DNA of 62,582 nucleotides, filler included, from Choristocarpus tenellus KU-1152 (taxonomy: Eukaryota; Protista; Phaeophyceae): the NCBI GenBank assembly GCA_964200185.2. It is 10 parts of 10 records of this genome, joined end to end, with 100 filler letters (N's around TTAATTAATTAA, not from the genome) between each part and the next. Parts side by side here need not be neighbours in the genome. Positions count along the whole stretch, not along the records: positions 43,841 to 50,272 come from CAXNAD020008152.1; positions 50,373 to 53,838 come from CAXNAD020019838.1; positions 53,939 to 62,582 come from CAXNAD020004494.1; 7 more parts are not named here. One strand, 5' to 3'. The first letter of the stretch is position 1; every line of letters starts with the position of its first letter. The notes beneath the pieces were generated by a model, which was not told where the DNA came from, searched no databases, and saw only the letters and a list, made by a program, of their open reading frames with translations. A program made the position numbers and the translations under genes. This document shows, piece by piece, positions 49,397-62,507 of the stretch.

Positions 49397-50206
49397 TGTA
49401 CGGTGTAATCGTTCTACTTTACACATATTTTCTCTGTATGAATATCCGGTGCGTTTGCTTCCTGTGTCCTTGTTTTGAGTTTGCACGTGAATCAAGTCCG
49501 TACCTTTCAACTGTCTTAAGGACTGAAGTTCGCCGTTCCTTCAGAAGCGTTGCGTGTGCCTGATCCAACTATTTGGCCCAAAGGGTTCTCTCTGCTCCTG
49601 AACCAAGGGTGTTCAGTTAGAGTGTTTCTATGCGATTGTTATTGAGACGTAACAAAAAGTTGTGTTAAATGTTTTAAAAGGGTGGATTAAATTGCAAGGA
49701 AACTCCATGCATCGAGGAATGGTACTTATCTTGCTGCCGTGCAGGTCTTTCGTATTTAGTTGTAGAACACTGCAGCCCTAAAATAAATCAACGAGTACTT
49801 TGCAGGAATACAACAAGAAGCAAGATATCTCTGTCCGGCCAAAGCAACGTTGTAGCTGCTATGATATAAGTACAAATGATAAACGTCACAGTCCACGGCC
49901 AAGGCAGGCAGCCCTCCTAAGGTCACCCCTAACTCAACCCTAGTACACATAACCCTTCTCGTTTCAATCCCAAGATGAAAAAATCTCTATCAGCTCCTAC
50001 AACTACAGCAAGTACTCTTCGTCAGTCACACCTCCCCATCTGATGTATGGTGATATCGACAAAACTGATACAATATCAAGAGCTTTTATGCTAGTGTGAT
50101 AGGGGAATCAGTCTTAATCGCTCCTGTCAGCAAAATTGACCATATACTTCCGCAACAGGTAGCACAAATGCTGAAGCAACATGCAGGATAATACACCAAG
50201 GAAAAT

Positions 50207-50272
50207 GGGTCAAAGTATCTGGGGGGTGTCGGCGTCCGTTTTTCACCCTTTTTTCGATTTTCACTTTTTTGG
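50207..50272 (-). mobile_element. MITE family C, truncated by contig end
   Basis: Reverse complement of the right end of 18945-19124. Confidence 0.85.
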
Positions 50273-50372
50273 NNNNNNNNNNNNNNNNNNNNNNNNNNNN
50301 NNNNNNNNNNNNNNNNTTAATTAATTAANNNNNNNNNNNNNNNNNNNNNNNNNNNNNNNNNNNNNNNNNNNN
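50273..50372. other. Artificial contig linker
   Basis: N44-TTAATTAATTAA-N44. Confidence 0.98.
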
Positions 50373-50415
50373 CCCCCCCCCCCTCCCCGTGACACCGTAC
50401 GAGTATGTGACTCAC

Positions 50416-51788
50416 CGGAGCACAGGGTCCCATCTATGGGAAATCTTGGAGGAAGATTGATCGGCCACGACCACTGGCCAGGGCAGCAATACACCTTAGC
50501 CTTGGGGAAACAGTCGCTGAATGGCCTCACATAAATCTTGTGCTCTAGCTTTTTAATCAAGGGTTCAAGTTAGGGATAGGGTTAGGGTTAGGGCAAGGGT
50601 AAGGGTAAGGGTAAGGGTGGTAAGGGTATGGGTTAGGGTTAGTTTGTGGGGTAAGTTTAGTCCTCTCTCAGTTTTGAGAGGCCAACGAAGCGTAACGTAT
50701 GTACATAGGTATATTTAACATAGGTATATTTAACATAGGTCGATGTTGGCGGGTTTGCGTGTGAGTTTACGCCAATTACGACCTGAGGTCATCGCATGCC
50801 CAATCACTGCACAGCTCCCACAGCAGGGCTATCAACAGCACCTTCAGTAGAGTCAGGGGCGGACGGCAACATCGGATACTTGAGACCAATCTGTGTCTTG
50901 GCAAAGTTTTGCTCGGAACTGGGGCATGGGAACAGAAGAGATCAACCAGGATCATTGAGTGCCCGAATCAGGCCAAGGGTGTCTACGGCAACCGTATATA
51001 GGTCGAAAAACCTGAAGGTTTTTTGTGTTGTTTTCAGATTATCCAGCCCTTTCGGAAAAAAAAAAAAAAAAGAGCACGCAAAGTTACCCTTAGGCGTTGA
51101 GACTACTACGGCGTAGCGTGACTTTTTGTACACAAATGAGCCTGGGCACAAAAAAAAAGAAGGGTGCCTTGCCTTGTGCATGATGGGTCCATCACAACAA
51201 AATGCAGAAAAAGCTTAACCCTGACCCTAAGAATGAAACATTGGCATTAGCGGTAGAAACCCCTAACCCTAAACACTCACCGCAGTGGTGGGTAATATGA
51301 TGTACCGAACCTCCTCGCCCAACTCCTCCACAAGACGAACACATTCTTCCGTAGGGGCTACTGGAGCGTGCACCCACAGTCCCCCATCCTCCATCTTCAC
51401 TGCAGTCATCCGAATGTTCACAGACACGTTGAAGAAACCCTGAGCCTGATTAAACACAGGGGGCGGAGAGCATTCTTTTGTTGGGACAAGGAGGAGGGAT
51501 ATGAATTGGAGGAATGAACGGGGAGGGGGGGGGGGGGGGGCACATTGAGGTGGTCCTAATCATACACCAGCAAATGGACTCGTACTGGAGTAGATCGCAA
51601 GGGAGGAGGAGCTACAGCCTGTCCTGAATGAATCTTAATCTGACCAGAGTCCTCACGTGTCCCCTTGGACATACTCTCTCACCTGCCCCGGGGTGACCAG
51701 GCCCCCAACATTTGAAGTCAAACACACGGTTGAGAACACTACATAGAAACCTCACCCACACTTCTGAAGAGGAGACCACATCTCCTCA

Positions 51789-51823
<35 letters not shown>

Positions 51824-53458
51824 GATCGCACGCAGCATGTTCCCTCTTTCCTAAACCTCAACTTATCCCAGTTCAATATTCTTAATGATTTTCTCCCCTG
51901 TCCATCATACCCATCATCAACCAGGTAGGGTCACCTGCTCAAAGGTCCACATTCTTCCCGGTATAGCCTCGTTGCGGATCGTTTCCCTGAGTAGAAAAGG
52001 CCACGGGTTGTGCACTGTCTTATCTTAGGATCATCCACAACAGAGGAAGAGACCAATATGCAATGAAAGACAAAAGTGAAAACGTGTAACAAGGGGCAAG
52101 GCTTGTTGGGGAGAAGGGGGGATAGTTCTAATATTTCATTTGAGGAGTGATGCAAGAAGATCTGAGGACGGGTTTTCCCCAATAATTGCCTGATAGAGTG
52201 AGGACGTGTGTAGCTCCTACAAAACGCCCAGCATGGGGTTTCTTACCTTAGGCATGGTATTACAGATAATGACACAATGTGTACCGTGTGATGCAAATGT
52301 TAAACGCGGGAAAAAGTGTCATGAAGCACCTTATGATACATGTCACACCACAGTGAGTATAGGTATGCACAGCGATCAAGAAAAGCAGACGTGCTAGAAG
52401 ACCATCGGCAAAAAGGAATGGAGTGGCTGGTACGAGCAAGACAAACCTGACACCTATTACTTGTAACATCAGCCTGCATATCCTACACAAATTGACTGAG
52501 AATCAAGACGTCGTGAGGAATCTGCAACACAGTACATACCACGGCATACAGTTTGATAGCACACTGCAGCACAATTTGTAGGCTTGAACAAATATATAGA
52601 CTGTGGCGGCACCAATTCGTTGTCAGAGTGAGATGACTTGGAATGGTCGAAACCTACAACAATCCGATTTAAGCTCCTCGTACTTTAGATCTTATCTTGG
52701 TTGCATTATGGAAATACATGGTATATCCTTTGTGCATGCCTGGAAGTGGTTATCCGAGCAACAAACTCAATGTGGTTTGCCTGCCTTCTTCAACATTTAC
52801 GGGCAATGGCAAATCTCCAGATAGATCAATTGCGACCACATGTACCAATGACGGAGACTATCAATCACACCATGCACCTATCGAAGTAAGGCTTCAAGGG
52901 AAGACCAGTGTAGAATGGGTATTGTCGATCCGACCGAGTGTCCTTCTGTCCAGAGTTTTCCGTGTAGACTTTGATTATGGTTTCCAAGGGGTTGAGCTTG
53001 CGCTTAGACTCCACCCCTATCGAGCTCGAGCATGTCAAGTGGCCTCGAGAACTGTAGCAATGCAAGTACATGGGATCAGGTGAGTAAGAACGAAGAAAAA
53101 AATGCGGAGATGTCCAAGCCCCTGTCGACCAAACCGACACCAGTTGAGGGCAAGGACAAAAACAGGAAACAACAGTCAATAGCGGTAATCAGATTGCAGG
53201 GGAGGCAAATTCACGAAGCATTGTTAGATATTAGGTCATTTACAAGATACCCCAGTCCAGGTGTGAGTATGGAGGGGAGAAAAAGAGTGCCACCTCACTC
53301 GTATTTTCTTACCGACGACATCCAGGAGTGTGTGTTGCCTCGCTCACGCCAGCATGCGGAAGAACAGGGGTTACAGTAGGTGGGGAAAACGACAACACAT
53401 TATGGCACAGCACAGCCAAGGTCAAGAGAAGGCTGCGGGAGGGGAAAGTCCTCTTCAT
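50416..53458 (-). CDS. Plastid-targeted DUF4336-family protein, 3' partial; exons 53458-53313, 53051-52878, 51986-51935, 51445-51281, 50548-50416
   Basis: Signal peptide plus VLS-FSP motif; YPFYTGLPLKPYFDR|ETIRNEAIPGRMWTFEQ|AQGFFNVSVNIRMTAVKMEDGGLWVHAPVAPTEEC...YIILPTTA|LEHKIYVRPF...PGQWSWPINLP; all splice phases are consistent. Confidence 0.88.
50570..50643. repeat. Interstitial telomere-like (TTAGGG/TAAGGG)n tract in intron
   Basis: About 12 degenerate hexamers. Confidence 0.8.
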
Positions 53459-53677
53459 CTCTACCGCAGTTACCTCTGTCTCTCTGCTCTCCAAATGACT
53501 GATATTCTTTAGGATCATGTGTAATTTCAAAACATTATTTGAGTCTGGCGCGCGAGATCATCTGGCTCGCGATATATTTTACAAAACAATACATTAAGTT
53601 ATAACCTCAACATCTTCGCGGTGGAAAGGTTTGGGTGCCTCGGAAAGCAAGCGGAATGCTTCCTGTATGAGCTGGCT

Positions 53678-53838
53678 GAGCCAAAGGATCTTAGAGGGTA
53701 GAGTAGCGTCAATTTGGGGGTTAAAATCCAATGTTCCGATTTTGATGTAATTGTGACTATCGTGTTAGTTAGGAGATGTCAATATCCATGTTCCGGACAC
53801 ACCTTTTCATAACCTATACATTTTACCTACTTCTAAAC
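53678..53838 (+). mobile_element. MITE family A, truncated by contig end
   Basis: Starts GAGCCAAAGGATCTTAGAGGGTAGAG. Confidence 0.88.
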
Positions 53839-53938
53839 NNNNNNNNNNNNNNNNNNNNNNNNNNNNNNNNNNNNNNNNNNNNTTAATTAATTAANNNNNN
53901 NNNNNNNNNNNNNNNNNNNNNNNNNNNNNNNNNNNNNN
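53839..53938. other. Artificial contig linker
   Basis: N44-TTAATTAATTAA-N44. Confidence 0.98.
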
Positions 53939-53992
53939 TTTTTTTTACCCCAAATGGACAGCCGCCAACCCCCCCCCCAGATACTTTGAGCC
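53939..53992 (-). mobile_element. MITE family B end at contig start
   Basis: CCAAATGGACAGCCGCC...CCCCAGATACTTTGAGCC. Confidence 0.85.
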
Positions 53993-54092
53993 TTTGTACT
54001 AACCCCAGCCCTTACCCTAACTCCAAGGTCGTAACAAATGGACACGATTGACAATACGATCCACGTCCTGCAGGCTTACATTGCAAGGCACA

Positions 54093-57000
54093 TCACCTGA
54101 CGTGGTTCAGCAGTCGCTTAGATGGTAATGACAATATCAGTCTTTTCCGACATGTTGGACGATCTAGGATATATAAAGAAATTGTCAGCAAGCATGGTTG
54201 ATTTCTTGAAGCAAAGGGTCCATAACTATTAAATGTAACACTATGCTGGTAGTTTGCATCAGCTATTTTAAATCCATGACCAATCAGTACCTGACACCAG
54301 TCCCACAATACTGAATTCCACGTTTCCATTTTCGAGTGTGCTCTTGCTCAGTCATCTACAACATCCATTGTATGTTATCTTCTGCTAGAGCCATAGTATC
54401 TGAGAGGGTAGAGCCGAGTCCATTTGGGGATCGAAATCCAATGTTGCGATTTTGATGTAATTTTGGGTATCGTGTTTGTTAAGAAGTGTCAATATCTATG
54501 TTTCGGACACACCTTTTCATAACGTATACATTTTACCTACTCCTAAACATTTTGGAGCAGGGAAAAGTAATACAAAGAAATATGGGAAACCAAGCCCCAA
54601 ATGGACAAACAAGGGGAAACTCGTACCCTCTAAGATACTTTTACTCCTACCTTATGTGGTGGAAAGAAAAATCAAGAAAACAGTCCAATCACTCTTACCT
54701 CAGGAATAGATATCCCGGTCATGCCAACACGGTGCTTAAACTGGTCAAGGTAGTTTGAGAGAGCTGTCTTTTCATCGGAACTGCTGGGAAACTCGTTATA
54801 CTCTCCAAGACCGCGTGCCAATACTTTCCTTGCCTCTGCGTTGAGCTCTCTGGGAAGAATGAGATCCGTACCAAAGCTAAATGATGGCGCCTGAAAGCCG
54901 AGCAAAATTGAGCTGACCAATGCACGTTTTTGGTGGGACGGAGGAACTTTGTCAACCTCATGCCACGGCACCAATAGCTCCCTGAGAGGTGAGTAAACAT
55001 CCTTGACTAGAGGGTCGCGCATGACAATAGTACCAGGCTCGATATAGTATATGAGACTTTGTGTATTGTTGCACATTTGGTCCGCCCAAAGTTCTGCATA
55101 GTTGACCATGGTTGAGTTGTAGATTGTCACATCAGGGACTGCATCAAAGGCCCTGCACAAATTTAAAGGAGTCGTTGAGCGAAGAGAGCGAGATCAAGAC
55201 ATGGTGCTGTGGGAAATTAGATCAGAGTGTTAGATGGGAGATAAGATTTTGGCATCGTGCCTTCCTATTGATAATACGTCTCAATAAGGAAGGGCACAGA
55301 AGAATTGAAGACCATTGATGGTATCTTACGTGTGTGTAGTAGTATACTCGATGTAACCGCCGGCAGTGCAGGGGAACTGAAGGCAAAATGATCACGATAC
55401 CGATCACGATCATCACCATACCAATGGTGGTACCGATGGTGATGGTGATACCGATGGTGATACTGGCACTGGTATTGATTCTTCAGGGATACTGCACAGA
55501 AGAATTGAAGACCATTAATGGTATCTTACATGTGTGTAGTAATATACTCGATGAAACCGCCGACAGTGCCGGCGAACTGAAGGCATACTGATCCCGAGAC
55601 CGATCACGATCATCCCCATACCGATGGTGGTACCGATGGTGATGCTTATATCTTTCCCTGTATCTTTGCCTATATTTTACCTACATATTTGCCTATATCT
55701 TTTCCTGTATCCTTTCCTGTATCTTTGCCTATATCTTTGCATATGTAAACCTTTATACGTTTATTTTTTAAGGTGCACTTGGTAGTTACAGGGCTGCACA
55801 AGGCCCATTTATTACCAATCAACCTCACACTTCTAGCCAAGGAAGACCAACCTTACAACTTTGATACTCCTTTAATCAAAACGACTCTGTGGATGGTCCA
55901 CTATCAACCTCTCACCCTGTACAAACTGCTACCACATACAAATAGAGAGATACTCGAATAATTGGGATCAGTTGAATGAGGTGGTGCACTATCATGTGAA
56001 ATTGTGACCAAGTGGTCGTAGAGATTGATGCCTCCAAGAATTCTTTTGGTCAACGCCAGGCATTTTCTTATGGGAATCTAGTTTCAACTGTCCAGAGTCC
56101 AAGTGACAAGCACTGCAGAGGTACACTATCCTATCTATTGCTCACTCAAAAAGACGCAAGACCAAAAACCAGGGAGCAAGGTTCATTTTGCCGAGAGAAC
56201 CAAGGTAGATCTAGACAACAAGAGTCAAGGGTTAGGTTAGATAATGGCGGCAGTATGATATACCCCAGACCCCCCTCCAAAAGGGCTTTACGCCATTTGC
56301 TATTACTATCTTCGCCATTCCACACATTAAATTGGCGGTATTTACGTTCTCTATCCATTTGCAAAACCTTTCGACCGATAGAATCTAGTGTAACTACTGC
56401 CTAGAAGGTTTAGAAAAATAGTATCGATGTGGACGCTTTCTTTGTGGGAAAAACATTCATATCCTTCCCCTCGCTACCAGTTGGACCGTTTATACACTAG
56501 TGCCATCAAAAATAACTTTATAGTTTCGTCTAGTTGGTAGTAAAACCTAAAACCTAAGAATGTGGATTTACTTTTTCACTTGAGGATAATTCATAACGCT
56601 TTAGCTGAAGTTCCAAATTAAAATTAGAAGTTGGACCTCTCCACTAATTGGCGATTATCAACTCGGAACAAAGCGGGAAAATTTCAAATTAGTTCACGGC
56701 TTGTAAAAAATATGCTGATTATTCAGGTGACCATCATACCAAAACGACAATAGTACAAACCCAAAACATTTCTTGTAGTATTTTAGAAAGATCGAAACTC
56801 TGCGTGACATAACGACTGTGTAATGACTTGATCAGTCTACACCAAAAAACTCAAACTACTCCATATTCAGATAATTTGTCATTTATTCACTTGCCTGCTG
56901 AAGGAAAAAAACGAATGTGGACTCGTTGCAATGACGACTTCTGCTCCTTTCATGAAGTGATGCACACTTTCAACCGTCAAGATTGTTTCAGCAAGCACAT

Positions 57001-59604
57001 GCTGGTAGCCCCGTAGTACAACACAATAATGTTTGTGGTTGAGGTGACTTCTTCGGTATGAATGTATTGGCGCTAGGCTTTCAGGCGTATCAACATCCAC
57101 ATTGACAGAAGCATCATTTTCTAATTCCTCCTTTGGATCCCAGGTATCTGCCCTGCTGCAAAACTGTGGTAATGGGGGCTCATGAGTGTCACACATCACT
57201 GCCCTCCCACCTACATGTAGTGCAACAGTGTCAGCCTCACGGGCTATTGTTTCATCATGGAAGCATGAACGACATAAGGTGTATCCCCTAAAACCACAGT
57301 TGTAGGCTCCAAAGCGTTGATCATTGCAGGTGGCATCACATATCTGGTACAACCGAAGGGTATATTACTGGAATGCGTCAGGGCAATGGTAGTGGAGCAT
57401 GTGGTGGAGTGTGTGAGTATATGTGGCACTGCTTGGTCAAATATCTATCTGGACATCAAATATGGCATAAACATCACTGTGAGGAAAGGAGGACTTTTCA
57501 ACTGCTACTCACAGATGCTATGCCAAAAATACTTCAAATACAGAGTATATTTAGTGCGCCAGGTGAAGTGAATGGCAATCTATGCACATCTTACACCTGT
57601 AACTCTACTGCTGGGCATTATAGAAATTTGAATCTACAAAATTTTTGCCCATGGATCCGGCCAGCCTTCTCACTCACCGCATCCCCATGAGAAGTGCACC
57701 CCCAATCACATTCCTTTGCTGGTGGTGGTGAGAGCGTGTCACACATGATAACATGTTGTCGTTCATGACAAATATTGTTGGAACCTCTATCCATACCTTG
57801 CATCGAGTGATACCACAGAGCCATTTCCTCTTTCTGTGCTTCCTCGAGGTCAGTGAAGCAAAGGCGGCAGTCCTTTCCATATTTGGGCATATCACCAGCC
57901 CCACACATATAGCCTCCAAAACGGGGTAGCAGCTTGCCTTCTACTCGTGAGCATGAAGGGTCACAAGTAGTACTTGCGCCCTTGCGTAACAGTCCGTGAA
58001 CACTGCTACCACAGAACCGTGTACATTCACTCTCGGAAGCAGAGTCAACCCCTAAACGATCCAGCACTCCACTTGGTCCTCTGTGTTTTTGTACGCCCCC
58101 TCCAACAGAGCTCCCATGAACAAACAGGGTTTCCCCATTTACCGCGTGCTGCAGAGTTTCATACGTCACATCGTGGAAGCCAACATTCGCGATCTAAACA
58201 AACAGAGACAAGAGAGAAGCAATCATTCCATGTCATCAGTAGTGTGAAAATATGACATAGCTCGTATCCCTAACACAATATTTTTCCACAATATTTTTCG
58301 CGTTGAAAAACAAAGGATAGAATGTATACAAAACGGGTTTGGAGGACTCCTAAGAGAACGGCTAATACCTAGGGCTGTCTCTAATCAACTTGCACGAAAT
58401 GGCACAGAAATGAACTTCGTACCTCATACACGCCAATAATTCTCAAGAACCCATACAAGACCCAGAAAATATGGAATATATTTCATCCATCTCACCAAGC
58501 TAGACGCCACAAATTTGCTGGAGTAGCGCTGCCACAAAAGCCAACTGTACGGAAAGTCTGATAGAGTCGCCCACATTGCCACATCAAAGGGGTAGCTATA
58601 GCCCCATTGATCTCTTGTGTAGTTTAGGAACTCCGTGAACGCCTTGTCAGTATTGTTGTAGATCGCGTTTCCATTGAGGTGACCAAGTACATGCCAAGAT
58701 TCAGCCACCGTTGCCGTGGCGTGGAAGTTATCCCCAGCAAGTGTGCTGCCCTTCACCCAAAATGCCTCGTCGGAACCAAATGCCGCCGAGTACAGTCTAT
58801 CGAACGACGTCTCATGTGCGACAATGACGTCCCACTCAATCCATGCCAGCATATCGTAAGAAGATAACTGTTTCTTGATCTCCTCATCTAAAAACAGTTT
58901 GTAAAACTGGGCAGAAGGACCTATCGGATACACCATCTCCTGTCATAAGCAAGTAGAGGATGAGGGCGGGGGCGTGTGAGGGCATTATTCGATGCACTGA
59001 TAATGCTATGAGGCAAAAATTTGACAGGGCGTTTTCTTTGAGAAACAATCAGGCACAGAGCAGGACTTTGGGGCACAAGGGACTATGTGTGTTTGCCTTC
59101 AGGAAAACTAGAGTCTCACACCTCTGTGAGACTTGCATACAAAATCTTTCTCGATTTGAAGCAAGAAGACGAAGCTGATCGACTGAACTCATGCAACACC
59201 CCATCTGGCATGGTGTCCTCAGTCCCAGCGTAGTACATTATGAGGTCCATGTACCCCACTGTTGAAGAACAATGTGAAGGCCACTGCTTAAAAGATCGCG
59301 CTACTCGATCGATGTCGCCCACATATGCTGGGACCACCACCGCCATCCTCGGTTCGTCACCGAAGATTGACGACAAACTCGCCTCTTCCAAGGTTCCAAA
59401 TCCAACAAAACCGAAGTATAGAATAGTAGTAAGGAGGCACAGAAGGTATGTCAGGGTCTGAAGGTGAGTCCGAAAATGATTTAGTCCCGACTGCGTGTGC
59501 CTGGCCCTCGTGTAAGTCTTTCGAGCTCTTCTAGCCTTTGGAACATTCTTCTCGAGATACGACAAGATTGGAGCAACAGTCAAGTTGGACACCGATCGAT
59601 GCAT
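54093..59604 (-). CDS. Type II membrane, putative glycosyltransferase-like protein with two Cys-rich modules; exons ~59604-59122, 58939-58496, ~58192-57679, ~57363-57047, ~55153-54699, possibly 54290-54093
   Basis: Basic N-tail plus TM (YLLCLLTTILYFGFVGFG); MAVVVPAY; YPIGPSAQF...WIEWDV...FWVKGS...GHLNGNAIY...PFDVAMW; repeated C...FG-x-Y-x-CG...CR-x-CF-x-D...V-x-MCDT modules. Confidence 0.7.
54388..54646 (+). mobile_element. MITE family A, complete, intronic
   Basis: GAGCCATAGTATCTGAGAGGGTA ... TACCCTCTAAGATACTTTTACTC; only CTA (3 bp) is duplicated. Confidence 0.9.
55294..55745. repeat. 200-bp-period duplication (55294-55444 / 55494-55644) plus 12-bp tandem array (55648-55745)
   Basis: GCACAGAAGAATTGAAGACCATT occurs at 55294 and 55494, followed by (ATATCTTTGCCT)-like units. 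Confidence 0.88.
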
Positions 59605-60670
59605 GTTGTCCCAAGACTGAAGTGACTACGACACTGTAAGGACTTTAAAGATCCAGGTACGTGGATAAGGAATGATAAGAAATTTGAGAAAATGTCGAAC
59701 TAAGTGAGAGGTATGAAGGATTGGAAGGAAGGATTGAAGAACAGAAAACTCTTCATTTTGTACAATTGAAGAAAATTCCTTCGCTGAAATGCCTTGATAA
59801 TTTGTGGGGAGGAGAGGCAATTAATGTCAATTTTGTGTACGCTAGTATGCATTAAACTAATCCATCTAAAAGAAATACCGGTTAGAATTGAAAAGGTTCC
59901 AAACTTATCTAACTTTCAATTGCTTTGACTGGAAATATAGTGTATATTTTTCACTTTGGAATCAAGATGAATGAAGGATTCTGGTTTCAAATCGTTTGAT
60001 TATTTCTTGGATAGTATTGTACAAATTGGTCCACATTTGAGGTTTTCCCCTAATATATGTCCAGCTATTCTAATTCATATTTCTGAAAGTAGTCTGACTT
60101 GAAATGTAGATATGGCTAGAAGAGACACACCTAGTATTGAAAAATAGATCACATGCCTCAGAATCAATTCTAGTGCGTATATTGAGGTTGTGCATCTAAA
60201 CAAAACAGAAAACTGGAATGATCAATGCCAAAGCTTTCTTCCATCTTATATACAGTCCTGATCCTATATTGATCACAAAACTGTATTTGGGTTGTTCAAA
60301 TTTGTACTCAGAATTTTGTTGAAGTAATAATCCTGGGAAGAAGAGATCTCAATATGACCTTGGGATGGTAAAGATTTCATTTTGTTGGGAAATACATATG
60401 AATATTGTTATTTTGAAAATTGTCATGGTTTAGTAATCAAAGGGACGTGAACCTTCATGAATTCAAGGGGTTTCATTCTCTTCAAACCCAGACTCCTTTT
60501 TTCGAAAATCTTATTTTGACGATGTTCTTTGAAATAAGCCATCCATCTACTACTGCCCTATTGGAGTTTTCGGTGAAACAGGGTATTTTGTAGTGCAGAC
60601 CGTTGGCAAATACTCCATTACTTCTCCCACAATCAACAAAATCTCCTTGCTTCTGAGTCAAAGTAAATGA

Positions 60671-60897
60671 GAGGTACCCAGAGTAAAACTTTAAGGATGC
60701 TGACAAATCTGTGCAAATTCTTATTTTTTGTAATCCTTGTAGGAACTCTTCGAAATTCTGACGAAAGTTTCAAACAAAATGGAGAAAATCAACCATCTCC
60801 AGTCAGACTTAGCAAATCATCCATATAGAAAGATTAATAAATCGGAAAAGGTTCAAACTGACCTTAATATGCAAAACGGTCACAACCTGGGCACATC
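60671..60897 (+). mobile_element. MITE family E
   Basis: GAGGTACCCAGAG ... CCTGGGCACATC. Confidence 0.75.
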
Positions 60898-61399
60898 TAG
60901 TGTGCTTTGACTCAATGGTACATCACTGCATACAAATAACTGAACAGAAATATATCGGGACTGTCAGTTTCTAACTTCCCATCACAATCTTCATGAGCAC
61001 AATCTTGGGTACTTTCTCCTGCGGGTCTTTTGTAGCACCATGTTGTCTCTCCTTTAACATATGAAATCTCCCTAGTGCATATAATGCCTACAATGAATCT
61101 CTGGAAGAGTGTAGCGCTAATTGACTTCCTCACAACCGGCTCTCCTACCATGCACTATAACTCTCCCTGGCTTTACTATTGTCTTCTATCTCAAGTCAGT
61201 GGTTTGCACACAACATACAGCTATCACTTGATTGCTGTGGGTATGCACTAAAATAAACATTATAATGGGGAACATGTACATCACATGGAACAAGATGCAA
61301 AACAACAGAAATAAAAGGGGAGACAGACTGTGTGGCATTCTACATCATAAAATTAAAAGGTCCTGATGAAATTTTCTAGCCTCTTTTATCTCGAGTAGA

Positions 61400-61900
61400 T
61401 ATCATCCACCTCTCGGGATTCAGATTGGGGAGGGGGAGTTTCTGCAGATAACAAATGCGCCTTAGCTTTACTGCTAGAAGTTCTTCTAGTCTCCTCTTGT
61501 CCTCTCCCTAGCTCATATTTTCAGAAGGCCCCTGCTCTCTTTGTGGACCATTCCTGTACACTTGTCACATTTGTTTTAATGGCTCTCGTCCTCGCCCATT
61601 TTCGTGCCTGCACTCTCGTGCCTGGTCCTATCAAGGTCTCTGGGCAGTTATGTTTGGCACGGCCACCTTTGCTGCATATAAAACATAGGTCACAAGGCTT
61701 TCCTTATAGCATCCAGCTCTACTCTACAAGAGTGTGTGATCACTCAATCTTGTCATATCTGTCCACGATTGGAGGGGTTGGCACTTATGCAACACCACCG
61801 CATCTCCCTGTGTTAAAAGCCTGTTGGAGCACTTCTTTTTACACTGTCCATTGAACTTGGTGCAGTCCTTGCTGTTGAACTTGTTCCTGCATCTGCATCT
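61400..61900 (-). pseudogene. Retroelement gag relic with Zn knuckle
   Basis: CFICSKGGRAKHNCP at 61685-61641 is C-x2-C-x4-(H>R)-x4-C; the surrounding frame has stops. Confidence 0.5.
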
Positions 61901-62507
61901 GAACATTACCGATAATATTTACATGATTATTTGTAGACCTGATGAACTAATCGAGTGATGAGAATATGATATCGAATTATTTCTTGTCGCCAGATCAGAG
62001 ATGTTTAAAACTAATTTGTACCGACCGTTTCTAGTCCTACTTTAATCTAAACTGGGTTTTTGACCTTATTGATGCGAAACTATTTTACTTGTAATCTCTT
62101 AAACTATCTGATTTGCAAGATACAGATGACCAGGAGAGACGCCCTATAGAACTGATCAGAGGGCAGAAGGACCAATTCTAGGGCGTCTCTTGAGGTCGTT
62201 TATATCTTGCACAAACTACGGCCTTGTAATCAATTGTAGGACGTCTCGCTGATTTGTCTGGCTTGCACAAATTATGGGATCCTTTACTCATGACAAAAAA
62301 AATTCACATGTGTTCTAAATTGTAGTTCAGAACATTTCGCCAAGAATATTTCTACCAAGAAGAGATCTGAACATGAACGAGGAGGTGTCACGCTTTGGAT
62401 CTCACGGTGATATAATACAGTTATTGTATGGAGCTTCTGGTGAACAACTAATTCAAGGAGTGGCGACCTGAATAAACTTTGTGGGTTTGATCCCATTCTA
62501 CACTAGA

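Noticed and set aside
4364-53938. Regularly recurring palindromic TTAATTAATTAA flanked by Ns
   Set aside because: Artificial contig-joining linker with stops in six frames; not biological. Gene neighbourhoods across it are meaningless.
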